From: Hydrolagus colliei
Lineage: Eukaryota
NCBI GenBank assembly: GCA_035084275.1
Contig: CM068745.1
Span: forward strand, 87,668,001 to 87,732,000
Length of the DNA: 64,000 bases
Direction of reading: 5' to 3'
Below, in pieces: positions 1 through 13,484 of this stretch (its first letter is position 1; the number at the start of each line of letters is the position of its first letter). The translations under genes and the position numbers were made by a program. The notes beneath the pieces were generated by a model that searched no databases, had not been told where the DNA came from, and saw nothing but the letters and a program-made list of their open reading frames with translations.

Positions 1-594
1 CCTCTCTCGCTTTGAGTTATCTTCTAAGAACGTGTCTCTCCCAACACTCTTTTATTTCCTTTTATCGTTACGTTTGTCAAATGCTTTCATACGTTCCCTT
101 CTGCAAAGCGGGACTGCAAGCTGTGATCGAAAAGCACACAAAATTTAACCCACATTTCCAGTTAGTCTTGTGTCTTATGATGTCGGATCAGTTATTGAGG
201 TTTCAAATGAATCATTAAGAAAGCAAACATCATAACTCAATATTGCACTTTTAGACTCAGGAAAAGATAGCTGCCCTGTCCCTGTCTCTGTCCAATTATT
301 TTCTGCAGTTGTCTGGTTTCAAACACAGATAATCCTTCGATTTGATCTAGCACCTTTCCTGCTGGGAGGACGTCTCAAAGTGCTTCATAAGATATACTGC
401 TTTGCCAATGAACGCAACAGCCGTGTAGTGAATGATCAGTTTTTATCTGGAGACTTGGTGTTGGCAGAGACAGTGGAAGAAATTCCCTTTTTTAAAAAAA
501 ATCATTGTGTCAGATTTTTAACGTCCACCTGAACAGGCAAACGGGGCCTCAGTTTAATGTATCATGCGAGAGGGTGATACCTCCCACACTGCAA

Positions 595-595
595 C

Positions 596-651
<56 letters not shown>
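595..651. repeat. (CA)n microsatellite
   Basis: Almost pure CA run seen directly. Confidence 0.95.
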
Positions 652-653
<2 letters not shown>

Positions 654-2539
654 CCTAGACTTTATGGGAATTCTGAGTTCCTGACGGGGCTCGAACTGAC
701 AACCTCTGCCTCAGAGGAGAGAGTGTTACCAACAAGGCCGACAAGCGTGTGTCATGCAGCAAATGAAAAACGAGGGGATGAGAGGATCAGAAGATTCGCT
801 CTTGGAAATTTTCTTCCTTACTTTCAGATTAGAGAGACTTGAAGATGTTCCTGCTGTCTGACTTCCCTGAATATGCCAGTGACAGAAAATTAGATCGACG
901 TGCATTTGAGTTGTTTCTCTGTGCGCATTGTTAGCGGAGAGAACTTTACACTGTATGTTGGATGTGTTTTTTTTAAACCAATTCCATACGCGGTAGATAA
1001 AGCGTGGCTCCCATGCCACTCGTACCAGAGGTTGTGTGATTCTGTAAGAATAAGGAATCAGTTTGGATTTGCGATGAGTTGATGTGTGAGTGAGCTTTGC
1101 AGTACAGCACTGTACAGTGCTTACTTTAAAGAGTGGGACACACAGTGGTGAGGGGGAATTGCGTGTTGTGAAAATCACGGTTCTTCGGGGGAGAAAGTAT
1201 CTGATCATAATAATAATCCTCATTTTTAAAATAGCAAGTTCCACGTCGGGAGGACGTCTCATAGAGCTTCATAAGATTCACTGTAACGTGTAGATGAACA
1301 CTGTGTTTTTGTAGGCTGGTGTGGAGGCCAGTTTCAACACAGCAGTTGTCACGCACACAGCCAGGAAGTGAGATGAATGACTTCACAGATAGGATGGTGT
1401 GGCATTTCCTTGTGTGGCTTTAGGAATCAATAAAATAATATCTGCTATTAATAGCAAACTAAATAAAATTATCTCGCGCCTGTACTTGTGCCAGGGATAA
1501 AGGAGATCGAAAGAACAAGACATATCTCAGCTAGTATTAGTATTTCTTGTAGGCGGACTTCAAATGCTTGAAGGTCAAGAACACTTGACATGTTCAGACT
1601 AATAATTAAAGTGGCGGGGTCTATCATGGTGACACTTGCAATCTTTTTATTGCGTATTTAGGGTGGGATTTCCCACAGTAGGCTCCGCTGGGTAACAGTA
1701 TTCAAGTTGTCTGCAGTCCGTTTACCGGTTATATCTGTTTTACGGTATTTAACCGGATGACGTTTATAACCGGATGACTTTTCCGCGCTGTGAAAATGAA
1801 AACGCTGTAAAAATGTGCCATCCTAAACCGTGCTTCTCAACGCGGAAACTGTCCGCTGACCCCTTCCTTGCAACCCGGAAAATGACACGCTGTAAAGAAA
1901 GCGGAAACGTGAACTGCGGTGGCTCGACATTATGCATCGCACCGCAGATTACAACCAAGAAATGAATCGAATCCAGAGCTCTCATTCATGGCAAGCCAAA
2001 TCCCACAGCAAGTAACATGGCTGGGTTATTTAAAGGGTTAAGTCTGCTTTAGCGGCATCAACAATCATTCGCGGCTTCAGTCCCCGGAAATTTACTCCGT
2101 GATGATTTTTCTAGCCTTTTATTCTTGCAGATGTTCTCTCATCTTCTGATTTTTCAACTGGTTTTTGTTTTCCAACTAGCTGGTGTACAGTTCCCACTGT
2201 GGAATTATTATCACCACCACTGCCTTTCCCAAGTGGACGTTGATCGTGTGTGGTTATTTTTGACGGAGAATGGGAATTGGGAACGAGAACGCTGGCTCTC
2301 CCTGGCTCTCGGATGCTGCTGAGGCCAGTGGTAACATCTTCAACCTTGTCCCAGTTAAAATATGCTAATTCAGTGCAGACTGGGATTTGAACCAGCAATC
2401 TTCCAACCTGTGTGATGTAGTGCTGCAACTGCTTATCACTTTTTATCGCAGAGGCCATTGAACAGCTAAAAGGATTCTTGCTTTCGAACCTAATATGTAT
2501 TGGATTATATCCTGGACTCAACCACATTATATTATTGGA

Positions 2540-3265
2540 GCAATTACACCACAGATTACGACCAAGAAATTAGGAACAAGGAACCTGTTCCACGTGTGAA
2601 CTATTTTCTGGATAAAGAAATACTCCCATTCTGTTTTGCCTCATTGAATCTGAACATGTCCCCGAGTTGACTTTCTTAGTCCCATTTAAAAGTTCATACA
2701 GTATCTCTTTACGATCTCCTCTGAGATGTTTCCTTTCAAGACTGGAAAGCCCTCGCTGGCCCAACTCGGCTCTACTCTGTAACTGCCTCTTTACCTTGAG
2801 GATCCCATTTAGGGTGTGGTAACCAGAATTGTGTGCTGTAATCTAGGTTCAATCTTACCAGAGTACTTTACAACTTGACCTCTGGGGGATCTTAACTCAA
2901 CTGGCTTTGGCATTATAGCCCAGTACTTTTTTATCTTATTAACAAACGTTATTAACACTTATTGTTGCCTCGTACTATTTTGACATGGTGAGCGAATGAG
3001 TCAACTCACTCAACTCCTAGATCTCTGTCAGCTTCTCACTTGGCAAGATCCATCACATCCATGGAGTATCTATGCACACCATTTTTACTGTCTCTGTATG
3101 CAGTCCCTGTGTTTAACTGTATCAGGTTTTGTTTACCATTCAACAGGCTATATAATTAGTTTATCAAACTCTCTTTGTTTGCTCTTTGCTTCCTCCTCCG
3201 AAAATCCAATGGTCTACCTCAATTTGGTGTCATCTGCACATTTAACAAGCCTACACTGGGTCTGA
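2540..3265 (-). mobile_element. Degenerate CR1 LINE, 3' part of the reverse transcriptase ORF
   Basis: Minus-strand peptide 'GLSSLERKHLRGDRKEILYELLNG' resembles the CR1 motif LGLFSLERRRLRGDLIEVYK; upstream frames are broken by stops. Confidence 0.75.
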
Positions 3266-3267
3266 AA

Positions 3268-3575
3268 TCCAGGTGGTTAATGCATACGAGCCTTACAAGC
3301 AAGCGGGCGACCTGAGTTCAATTCCGGGTCAGGGCGAAACCTTGGGCAAGTTCCCAGACTCCACACACGGGCCTAATAAGAATCCCTCAAATAAAAAGCA
3401 ATAATAAATTGCTCATTTCAAACCACGCCTGTTTGTGGGGACACTGCTGTGTGCATTTGGCTGCTGCATTTGGCCCAAGTATATACGGTCAATTCACTTT
3501 ACAGTCTATTCTGTGAAGCGCTTTGAGACGTCTAGAAGAGACGTGAAAATCATATCAAAGGCAAGGATTATTATA
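3268..3575 (+). mobile_element. tRNA-derived SINE, near full length
   Basis: Head with box B-like gagttcaattcc, core ctgctgtgtgcatttggctgc, L2-like tail ending aggattatt. Confidence 0.85.
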
Positions 3576-3729
3576 GGATTATTCGTGATTCTATAGGAAC
3601 TATAGGGTACTATAGGAACGAATGAATAACTGACAGAAGAGGACTCAGTGGGGGGGAGCTTTCTTTCCTGCAACTTTTGAAACGCAGTTGTTCTGCTCTC
3701 TTCAGAAAACCAACCCTCACACAAGCACA

Positions 3730-4000
3730 GTACAAGTGTGTAACTTCACATCTCCCAAGTCTAATTTGCAGTATTTCTTACCTCAATGCAATGGGAGGTA
3801 GATTGCACCAGAACGCAGTCGCTGCAGGCCAGTGTGAATTATTTCTGGTTACCAGAGAGAGAATCACCATTTGCCCGGCTTGGGGGGCCCTATTGATGAG
3901 GCGCGTTGGGAAACACTGCCAATTGGATCTCCCCCAACTCACTTTAGCAGCTAATGCTTCTGTTCCGAGGCAGTTCCTAGATAACGTGCTTCATCTGGTG
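3730..4000 (-). mobile_element. Degenerate LINE (CR1-like) endonuclease remnant
   Basis: Minus strand loosely resembles the endonuclease segment 'GDxN...QxV..PTR...LDL', with stops and frameshifts. Confidence 0.4.
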
Positions 4001-4189
4001 GTGATTACGTACAGTCATTTTTTTTTAATGTGCCAAGCGACCCTGACTGCACACCCGCACGAACGTGCACAAAACCGTTCATTATGTCACAGGTGTAAAG
4101 ATCATCAGCCAGTCTCGATTGAATTTTGTGTTGAGAATGTCTATATCGAATTGCTACAAAAGACTCGGGGAATGTATTGCAATACAATT

Positions 4190-4545
4190 CGTGCCTCTCA
4201 CATCGGGAGGTGGGGAAGGTGGTGGTGGGGGGCTTCTCAAAGCGCTTGACATTGCTGACTGGGTGCCTGAGCTGTGGGGTGGGGGTTGACTGAAAGCAAA
4301 GGTAAAAGAAGCAGTTCTTGACGAGGTCCATCAAAGTGTGGAGGGAGGCAGAGGGTGAAATTCCAAGGAGTGGGGCCAGAACAGTTGAAAGCTTGATGGA
4401 GGTGAATGGGGTGGGGAACAAGGAGCAGGTCCGTGCTGTCCGTGAGGTCACAGAGATGCGCGTGTAGTGAGGCCATGGAGGGATTTGAATGCGGGAACGA
4501 GGGTTCTCGATTCTCGACTGTACTGATGGTGAAAGATTTCCCATC
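4190..4545 (-). mobile_element. L2 LINE 3' end
   Basis: Minus-strand 'QAFNCSGPTPWN..L' resembles the L2 RT C-terminus RAFSxxAPxLWNSLP, followed by the tail caatgtcaagcgctttgag. Confidence 0.65.
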
Positions 4546-4634
4546 GGTGAAGAGTCTGCAGAGATCCAGCGCTTGCCTTCACTTCACCTTCTTGTTCTTC
4601 GCTAACGCTTCTAAATGTTGGCCCTTTTCCCCAG

Positions 4635-4833
4635 TACAAGGATGCTTTCCTGAAGGCCAACCCCGGTTACAAGTGGTGTCCAACAACAAACAAACCTCTG
4701 AAGAGTCCGTCGCCCACTGTGGCCACCAGGAAGAAGCTCTGGGCATTCCCGACGGAACCCGCAAAGGATTTTGCCATCACCAAAAGGGTAGTGAAGACAG
4801 AGGATATTCCACATATAAACTTTGCCATGGCAG
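4635..4833 (+). CDS. BBX: BBX coding exon (end of HMG box: YKDAFLKANPGYKWCPTTNKP...HINFAMA); upstream exons lie outside the window
   Basis: ccag acceptor, g|gtagg donor, 199 nt (phase 0 to 1); peptide is close to vertebrate BBX YKDAFMKANPGYKWCPTTNKP...RKKLWAFP. Confidence 0.95.
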
Positions 4834-4892
4834 GTAGGCTGTGCATTCTTTCAACAAGAACAACAATAAAAACTTGCGTATATATATATACA

Positions 4893-5728
4893 CAGGTAGC
4901 CCCCATTTACCAAACGCCCTGTTAACGAAACTTCACGAGAACGAGGGTTTCTATTTGTACCCCCCCTATGTGCTTAGCGAAGTCTGCGCTCGCTATAATG
5001 AAAGTTTAAATCTCTCGCGCTTCTTGTCTCCCGGCAGCCTCCGCGACACAAGCGCACACACATACACACAGTCACTTCAGCGCCACCTAATCCAAGAGAA
5101 AGCCCTGGAGTGTGGGAGGAGCTTAAGCGGTAGGATTCTCTGTCTGTCTGCCTCTCCTTCTCTCTGTCTCTCTCTTTCTCAGTCTCTCTCTCTGTCTCAG
5201 TCTCCCCGTATGTGTCTCNNNNNNNNNNNNNNNNNNNNNNNNNNNNNNNNNNNNNNNNNNNNNNNNNNNNNNNNNNNNNNNNNNNNNNNNNNNNNNNNNN
5301 NNNNNNNNNNNNNNNNNNNNNNNNNNNNNNNNNNNNNNNNNNNNNNNNNNNNNNNNNNNNNNTGTCTCGGTCGCTTTCTCTCTCTTTCTCTCTCTCTGTC
5401 TCCCTGTGTGTCTCTCTCTCTTTCTGTGTCTCTTTCTCTCTCTCTGTTCGAGTCTCTGGCTGTCACAATCTCACTCACAGTCTCTCTCTGTCTCAGTCTC
5501 TTTCTCTTTAACTCTCTCTCCCTGCCTTCAATAGCAGTGCTACCTACCTTATGCCGTCACTGATACACTGTAAATGTTAGCGCTAGGCTGGGCGCAAGGC
5601 ATTACTGGGAACGATTTTTTTCATCTACAGAAACACAGTAGGGACCTCCCTCCCGCCCGCTTAACCCAATTTTCGTTTAACGAGGAGTTTTGAATTCCCT
5701 AACCCTTTCGCTAAGTGGGGGTTACCTG
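4893..5728. mobile_element. Tigger/pogo-like (Tc1/mariner) MITE spanning a TC-rich repeat and an assembly gap
   Basis: Terminal inverted repeats caggtagcccccattta (4893) and taagtgggggttacctg (to 5728), with TA at the right end. Confidence 0.65.
5219..5362. other. Assembly gap (144 N) inside a (TC/TCTG)n low-complexity tract at about 5138-5520
   Basis: Run of N seen directly. Confidence 0.99.
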
Positions 5729-6244
5729 TATACCCTCCTCTTCGACTGTGGCATTGATCACCCGCCTACCCCTATGCTCCCAGCTCTCCACCTCCTGATC
5801 CCAACTCCCAGTGGATGGATCCCTGACTGTCCAGCGCCTTGGGACGCCTTCTGGTTATGAATCTTTGAACCCGGGATGTCAGACAACCCAAAAGGTTGCA
5901 CAGAGAAGAGCCAAAACCTTAATCTTAATCTCATCTGATACACGGGCACTTTCCAGCAGGGTAGCGATCAGTAGTGGGGTGACCTGCCGACTTCAAGCCT
6001 AAATATGGAAACAAACCTCTGAGCCTCCCACACTTTCTGACACTCACTAAAACAGTGATTTTGTGCAGGTTAAGCATTTTTGCCTTTTAGTTTGTGCGAC
6101 GGTGACTGACTCACTGACTAACTCGCGGTCGTCATCATTGATAACTTTGCGCTATTCTCGAGTGTGTGTGTGTTGCAGTGCAGTGCAATTGATGACTTCA
6201 GAACAAAAACACACAACACATACAAATCTCTCTTCTGTTGTTAG

Positions 6245-6312
6245 ATCCCACACAGATGGGAGGACTAAGCATGCTGCTCTTAGCAGGTGAACATGCCTTG
6301 ACAACCAGAGAG
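6245..6312 (+). CDS. BBX: BBX coding exon (DPTQMGGLSMLLLAGEHALTTRE)
   Basis: ttag acceptor, gag|gtaagc donor, 68 nt; matches the BBX motif DPTQMGGLSMLLLAGEHAL. Confidence 0.95.
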
Positions 6313-7689
6313 GTAAGCTCATATCACACACTCCACCATTACATATATATGCCTTCAGGTGGTGTGGGTGAAGGACTATTTATTATTGCTGTACTTTTTA
6401 ACTCCAGTGCAGCAAAACCCTGCATCATGAATCCCATCATTTTTGAAACCAATTCTGCCTTTTTTTTAAACTCAACAACTTACAACCGCTGTGAGTTATG
6501 GACGAGGACAAAGTCAACTTGGGAGCTAATCTTCAGCGGCAAAAGGCGATCAGAGAAATTCTGTATTTCACGCACTCCTCTGCACCTCTCAAAATATCTA
6601 TTTTTTTTTAAAAGTCACTGCGAAAATGTTAAGATATCCTCGTGTTATTCAATACTTTTTCTTTCCAACGACTGCAGTGCTGATGAAAATGTCCGGGATA
6701 TGTGTTTTTTGTGTGTGTGTGTGTGTGCTCAACATGTTTTTCAAAGGAACCTGTTTCCATGGTGGGTTGGCAGTGTTTTCTCTCTTGCGTCAAGTCGAGC
6801 AGGTTCACTTCTATCCCAGCAGAAAGCCAAGCGAGATCCAGGATATTGTGGATGGTAGCTTCAAATGCTGAGTAGCTCAACCACTGTTTGGTACTGTATA
6901 CGTGTGGTTACTCGCCTCGTCCCCGTCACTGACCCTTTGTTGCACATCGTTCCCTGGCGTTCTCTCCGCCGGCCGCAGGAAGGTTGTAACCGACCAGAGA
7001 CAACATTCCACACTCTCTTTTTAGTGGCGATCGGCGCGAGCACTGTTGTATCAGCGGAGGCTAAAGTTTGGGTCGTCGTCCACTGTCGTTAAACATGGTT
7101 GCTGTGAGAAGGGTGTGTTGGCAACCGAGGCTTATTGTCTGCCTACATGTTTTCATTGGTTTTTCAGTGTGTGTTGCTGGCCAGTTCGTTGGCTAGCCAT
7201 CTCATCCACCACCAAGCATTCGCCAGCCATATACCCTGTCATTTGGGCATGAGTTTGCTTAGCTGCCTGTACTCACTAGCAAATGGATGTGGTACATTTC
7301 ATCGTGCAGGAGTGTTGCTGGTTACCGCAGGTTCCACTTGGTTACTGGAATTGCTCTGGCAGAACAATAAATCGCCCAAGAGATTTCAAATCACGCCCTT
7401 GACTAAAACTTACAACCGCTTCGAAGAATTAAGTTAAGACCGATGGTTCAGCACCCCAAAACTTAAATAGTTAAATAGTGTTTTTTTTTTGTTCTTTGGG
7501 TCAAATTGGTCACCGCTTGAAATGAAAGGATGAATTGTTTCTCCTTCCTCCTCCCTCCTCCTCCCTTCTTCCCCCCCCCCCCCCCTCCCCTCCCCCCCAC
7601 CCAACCCAAGTAATTGTTAGAGCAGAGGAAAGACAAACATAGTTTAGCTGTAACTGACATTTTTTTTCTTCTCTTCTTCCCTCACACAG

Positions 7690-7770
7690 ATATCCTCCAG
7701 CACAACACAGTCAGGGGTTCATGACTCTACAAAGCAGTGTGGGAATTCGGCCCTGTTTCAGTTAGCAGAG
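7690..7770 (+). CDS. BBX: BBX coding exon (ISSSTTQSGVHDSTKQCGNSALFQLAE)
   Basis: cag acceptor after a pyrimidine tract, gag|gtatgc donor, 81 nt (phase 0 to 0); SALFQLAE motif of BBX. Not in the ORF track. Confidence 0.92.
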
Positions 7771-8830
7771 GTATGCTTCCTGAGACTGGAATGCTAACCA
7801 AAATAGAACACAATATATGCTACCAGTGACGATTCTGGGGCTGGCTTGCCACTTGCATAAGCCACGACTGGAACGAGGCTGCTAGAGAGTGGTGTGCTTG
7901 TATTTTTTATGTGTAGAGTAGCGTGGGTGGTTAATTCATTCCAGAAAGGCAGGCCATCCTGAACAAGTGAGCGCAGATTTCTTACTGGGGATTGAGGAAT
8001 AGAACCCACGGAAGTTCTTTAATTGCCCCCCCCCCCCCCCCCCCCCCCCTGACTGTGCATTCAGTTAGTCATGTATAGTAGGTCACTCTGGCGAAAGAGA
8101 GTCAATATCGGATCGTGACAAGTCAAATGCCCCGGTAAAGACACAGTCTGTTCAGTCCATTGATACGGACCAAAGCTTCGTGGTATCTGAGATGCAAGTC
8201 TGCAAATTAAAATGGGCAGGTTCTGACAAAGTGATGTGACTATCAGGAATCCCTGGCTGGCTCATGTACTTGTGTACATTAAGTAACTTTGGTTTACAGA
8301 AAAAGAAAACACTGTGAGTGCTGTAACCCACCTCCTTTCTGAAGCTCGAGGGCTGTAGGTTCCACTGTCAGGGTCGATATTTCCGTCAAACTACTCCGCA
8401 GCCTTCTTTACCCTCCGTTTGAGGCCCCTGAATGTCAGCCAATGAAAGTTTGTGCATTTCTCGGGAGATGGAAAAAAAAACCTCAGCTCGATAAACCACG
8501 ATCATCCAAGAATGGATTGAATCAAAATGGGAAACATTGTACGATAACATTGGTAGTCAGCAAGCTGGCAGGCTGAATTCACACGAAATGGTCTGCTTTG
8601 CTTGGCTCCCGAGACAAGAGTGCGCCTGAACCGCAACACTTTCGGGAAGGTACATACAGTACCGACGGTGTTAGCCGGTGTTAGCCGGTGCTCGTGGCTA
8701 AGTTTAGCGAAACAATTGCTAAACAGACGCAATGAATGCAATGGGAGGAGGCCCTTTACAACCTGATATATTTACCCCACAATTGCAACCTGTGAACACA
8801 AGGGCGTGAAATGAACGGGGGTTCTGTCCA

Positions 8831-8861
<31 letters not shown>

Positions 8862-9299
8862 TGAGCCAAATCCAAACCTCCGGAGCCGTGGCTCCCTTCC
8901 TCTCGTTCCATGGTAAATTTGCATCTCACTCAGCAGCATATTTCATTGAGCCATTAATTCATTGTTTCCCTGTTAAGGTGAACTCACCACTCCCCACCAC
9001 CACCTGCCGATTCTCTCGTTTTGTCTTCTTTTACTGGATCATTTTTGGTGGGGGTGGGTGGGGGGGATGGGCAAGACCTTGTTTTTTTTCCTATTCCTCA
9101 GTGACTCGGTTCCAAAAGTAGGAATAAACTCTCTTGGTGAATGCTGTTTTTACCAACCTTAACACAGCTCACTTAAGAGTCTTGTGTGACGGGTGGAAGA
9201 TGTAACCAACTCTCCGCCGCACTTTTAAGTGGCAGTGTTGATTCCTTTCTCAGGGCGGTGAACCACGACACTGCTTAAAACTGCCGTTCTTTGCTACAG

Positions 9300-10143
9300 A
9301 TGTGTTCGGACCGGCTGGTGACGGAGGGAGTAAAAAACGAGCCTTCGGCGGGCAGTCCGGAGGAGCGGAGCGAGCCCGAAGTCCCCGTCGTTCATTCTGC
9401 GGTGGGCACGAAGGAGAACTGCGACGTCAAGCCGCGGGACGGGAACGCTCCCGACAGGCCACCGTCTTTGCTGAGCGAGGCCTCTCCTCCCCCGCCCAGT
9501 CCCGCGCCCAGTCTCGTCAAAATCGAGAAGATTAAGAAAAAGAAGAAGAAAAAGGTTAAGCTCGAGTCCTCCAAAGGTGAGAAGCTGACGGTCAAAAAGA
9601 GTGGGAAAAAGCGGAAATCGTCCGAGTCCGACATGGAGAGTTTGATGTACACCATTGACGCCGTTGCGAAAGGAGACTGGGGCGCGGAGAAAGCTTCAGT
9701 CAGCCCGCTAACTGGTGTCCGATCCCCAACGAAGGCGCCCGATAACCTCCCGTGGCCTGCTCTCAGACCACCAAAGAAAAAAATGAAACCAAAACAGTTA
9801 AAACTTGTGGCGGAGAAGGTTTCAGAACTCAACAAACATTCAAAGGTCTCGGACGTTGAGAAGGTTGGCACCATCACCACCACCTCCACAACCCCCACCA
9901 CCATCACCACCATCACCACCACCACCAGTCCCGTGGAGAACATCAGAATAGACCGTTTGCCGAGCCCCGAGCGGATACTTTGCCGGGACGCACTAGTTCA
10001 AGTGAAAACTGAGAGCAAGGAAATCGGTAAAAAGATGGAGCCTTCTGGGTCCCGGAAATCCGAACGGTCGTGTAAAGGGGCTCTTTATAAGACTTTGGTG
10101 TCAGAAGGCATGCTGACCTCTTTACGAGCTAACGTTGATAGAG
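9300..10143 (+). CDS. BBX: BBX large central exon (MCSDRL...KKKKKKK...SSESDMESLMYTIDAVAKGDWG...RKSERSCKGALYKTLVSEGMLTSLRANVDR)
   Basis: ctacag acceptor, g|gtaagt donor, 844 nt; ORF 9291-10163; conserved BBX blocks and Lys-rich NLS-like tracts. Confidence 0.97.
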
Positions 10144-10364
10144 GTAAGTGCACAGCGAGATGACGGGAGTTATAAAGCAAGCAAGCAAGCGCTTTTGAAC
10201 GAACAGGTTTAGCGTATTGGGTGGTTGGAGAAGGGGGTCTCTCTCTGTACCAGAGCTGAACAGTTGCCCTCAGTGTCTGTAGCCAAATTGGTTTTAGAAA
10301 TGTTTTTGCATGCTGGAAACAAATACTAGGACCAGGACCCACCCACCTTACTCCAAATAATCCG

Positions 10365-10572
10365 TCCATAGAAACCACAATAATAAAAAATTGGTCATTT
10401 TCAATCCACGACTGTTTGTGGGGGGGGGACGCTGCTGTGCGCAATTGGCTGCTGCGATTCGCCCACAAATATACAGTTAATTCACTTTACAGTATATTCT
10501 GTGAAGTGCTTTGGGACGTCGATAAGATGTGAAAAGCGCTAAATCAAATGCAAGGATTATTATTATTATTAT
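10365..10572 (+). mobile_element. SINE body and tail
   Basis: Core gacgctgctgtgcgcaattggctgc and tail aaatgcaaggattattattatt. Confidence 0.85.
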
Positions 10573-12683
10573 TGACACTGAGGGAGGTCATCATTTGCGG
10601 TATTTCCTGCTGGAATTCCCCCCCCAAGGTTAATTCCTCAAGGCAACTGCCCCTCCTGGGAAGGTCGATCACAGCAGAGTGGAGTTAAAATGAGTGGTTA
10701 CGACTTACTTCTTGTTAATGGAAGACATCCCCATTTGCCTGACACAGAATTTGTCTTCGCAAATCCTGTTGAGAAATACCACCAATCAGACTTAACTGTC
10801 AGCCTTAATCCTCCGCTAAATGTTCTGCTTCGCTCCTGTGTCTCTGCACATCCTCCTTCATGCCTTGCTGCAGCTCTTCACCGATTGATTGACGGATCAG
10901 TTCCTCGTCTGTACCCTGGTTGCGCGTACGATCCACTTCCGCTGGTTAGAATCTCGATTGCTTTCCGACAAGAAACAAGTCCTTCTTTGTCTCGCCAACC
11001 CTTCCCGCCCACCCATAGTCTATCCAGGGCTTCTTCCTTCGGTCGAGAAATTAGCTAAGTGCCTGGCAAGGCCACAGATGGAAATGGCCAATGATATTTT
11101 GAACACTCAGACCTTTATAATGAATGTATTTTTTTGATGCTTCCAATCGACATGTTGCACCAGGGGCGTTGCTTCCTCTCGTTGTCTTACAATTTAAAAC
11201 ATGGAGGTCCTGAACTCTTTTGTTGTGTACCATGTTGGATGCAGCCCTACCAATTGACATTGGTGTATCTGCAATCGTGGATTCAGTTGAACTATCACAA
11301 GTGTGAGAGTGAGAGTGAGAAAGACAAGTGGGGCCTGTACGGTTTGATGATAGATCCAACACTGTGAACCCGTGATTTCATTTTAAGATGTTATTGAGCA
11401 AAGGTGCGAGGGACGCTTTCCACAGTGAGCGGGAAGACGAATGCGGTTGTACGCCTGAGCAACACCGGACCCGAGTTCGTTTTTGAGCTCTTAATAAAGG
11501 CCAGAAGGGAGCCAAAAAAAACACATCCTAGAAACGCGGAGGAACAGGGGAGTTGAAGAACGATTCAGAGTCAGATCACCTTCAAAACCGTGTTCGTATT
11601 CCAAATAGCTTTAGTCGGCAAAAAAAAAGGACGTTTGTCATATCAGCGTGTCTCAGTTTTCACATGCAGGCGTATTCAAGCGTACACACACACACTATTT
11701 ACCAGAAAACGATCATCCGTATATGATGAGCTATGGTGTCTTTCCTCTAACCCCTAGATCCTTGTGATTCAAGTTAAGATTCGCCATCTGCTCCCAGCCT
11801 ATGGTTTTTGTCAGCTTTGAGATGCGCTTTTTTTTGTTAGTTTAAAAAAAATCATATCACAGTTGGTTCCAGATGGTATTTTCCTTTCCCTCAATGTGGC
11901 AACAAATGCTGCGATCTTTACTGCCAGAACTCCCGTTCGTTTCCGCTTCAGGCACCGTCGGTGGCCTTTAGTCCGGATCATTTCTGCGGGGAATGTCTGA
12001 CAGCATCTGATCACAGTGTGAACTAGGATCAATTGACATAGTGTGTGTGTTGAAATGAACGCTTTCTGCATTAGAGAGAGAGAAAAAAAAATGCTTTTGA
12101 AATGATACCTCATTATATTAAACCTTTAATTGAGCTCTTTCATGTAGCCCCCAGGTTGGGACTTTGCCAGTTTTCACTTCACAGCGGGAACCACAGGATT
12201 CACAAATGTCTGATTAAAGCAGCGGGTTTTGGTTTCTGCCGGCAAAACGCATCAGTTTCAGCCACGTGCCGCATTGCCGCGTTTCTCACCTGAAATCTCG
12301 AGTGTCTTCAAGGCTTATTCCAAACCATAGAGAAGGCCACTCGGTTAAATGAGCAGAAGTCAATTCCTAAATCGTTTTCTGTTAGAAGGCATCCTACGAA
12401 ATGTTAGCTGCTGCTCGGGAATTATTGGATTACGCTCTCTTTTTTAATGTGCACAGGTCAGAAATTGGGACACGTTCATCTTTTTGCTGATTGCATTGCA
12501 TTTGATTGTGATAGTCTTTCTGTGTTCCGGTAATATATACAGTCAATTCACTTTACAGTATATTCTGTGAAGCGCTTTGGGACGTCGATAAGATGTGAAA
12601 AGCGCTATATCAAATGAAAGGATTATTGTTGTTATGCATCACCAAAGATTCTGAAAGTATTTAACTTTGACAAACACCTTTGT

Positions 12684-12735
12684 GTTCATTCATTCGTTCA
12701 TTCATTCGTTCATTCATTCGTTCATTCGTTCATTC
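12684..12735. repeat. (TTCA)n/(TTCATTCATTCG)n microsatellite
   Basis: Seen directly. Confidence 0.9.
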
Positions 12736-13484
12736 AAACGGGATCTGACTTCAGGGAGTTTCCAAAAATGGTATCTTGCCACTTCAAAAGGAAATAGTTC
12801 TGAGTTTTCTGTTCAACCTATTTACCTCGGTTAGAGAAGGGAGCTTCTCCTGTGGCCTGGCCTCGCAATAACCTCGCAAATAAGATTAGTCATTCGCTTC
12901 ATGGCAGTTCATCAGATATTGCTGCGCACAAATTAGCTGCCCTCTAAAGAAAGGCACTCGTGTTTACAGTAACATCCTGTGATATGCTTTGAGACATTCC
13001 CTGATCTGAAAGGCTCTATACCTTGTAATTGATATAGCGTCTTAGCACGTCTTAAATTGCTTCACAGAATATACGGTAAAGTGTATTGACTGTATTAGAA
13101 CCTTGGCTTGTGTTATAGTCACCAGATCACTGAAACTTAAGAGCAACAAGACTATTTCAGCAAACTCAGCGTGCGAGTAAGAGTTCGGAGATTGAATGGC
13201 AGCTTGAGGAGCTCCTATATCAACACAAAGTGGACTTTCAGAATTTTTTGTATTCTGTCATTTAAACGTTTTGGTCTTTCAACAAAGAAGATAGATGTCG
13301 GTTAACCTCCAACGTACAAATAATACCCTCCAAAAATAATAATCATTCCTACTTGATATCATGCCTCTCATGTCTGGAGAACGTCTGAAAAGTGCTTCAA
13401 GATTTGCTGCAAAAAGTGCAGTGCCTTGTGTATTTGTGGGCAAAAGCGAAGGCCAATTTGCACAAAGCCATGAAGTGGAAAAAA

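Noticed and set aside
3677-4249. 190-aa plus-strand ORF
   Set aside because: Antisense to decayed LINE sequence; no protein similarity.
4841-5563. 240-aa ORF
   Set aside because: Runs through a MITE, TC repeats and the N gap; an artefact.
10590-11060. Possible old LINE RT fragment on the minus strand (KKPWI...)
   Set aside because: Too degenerate to assign without a profile search.
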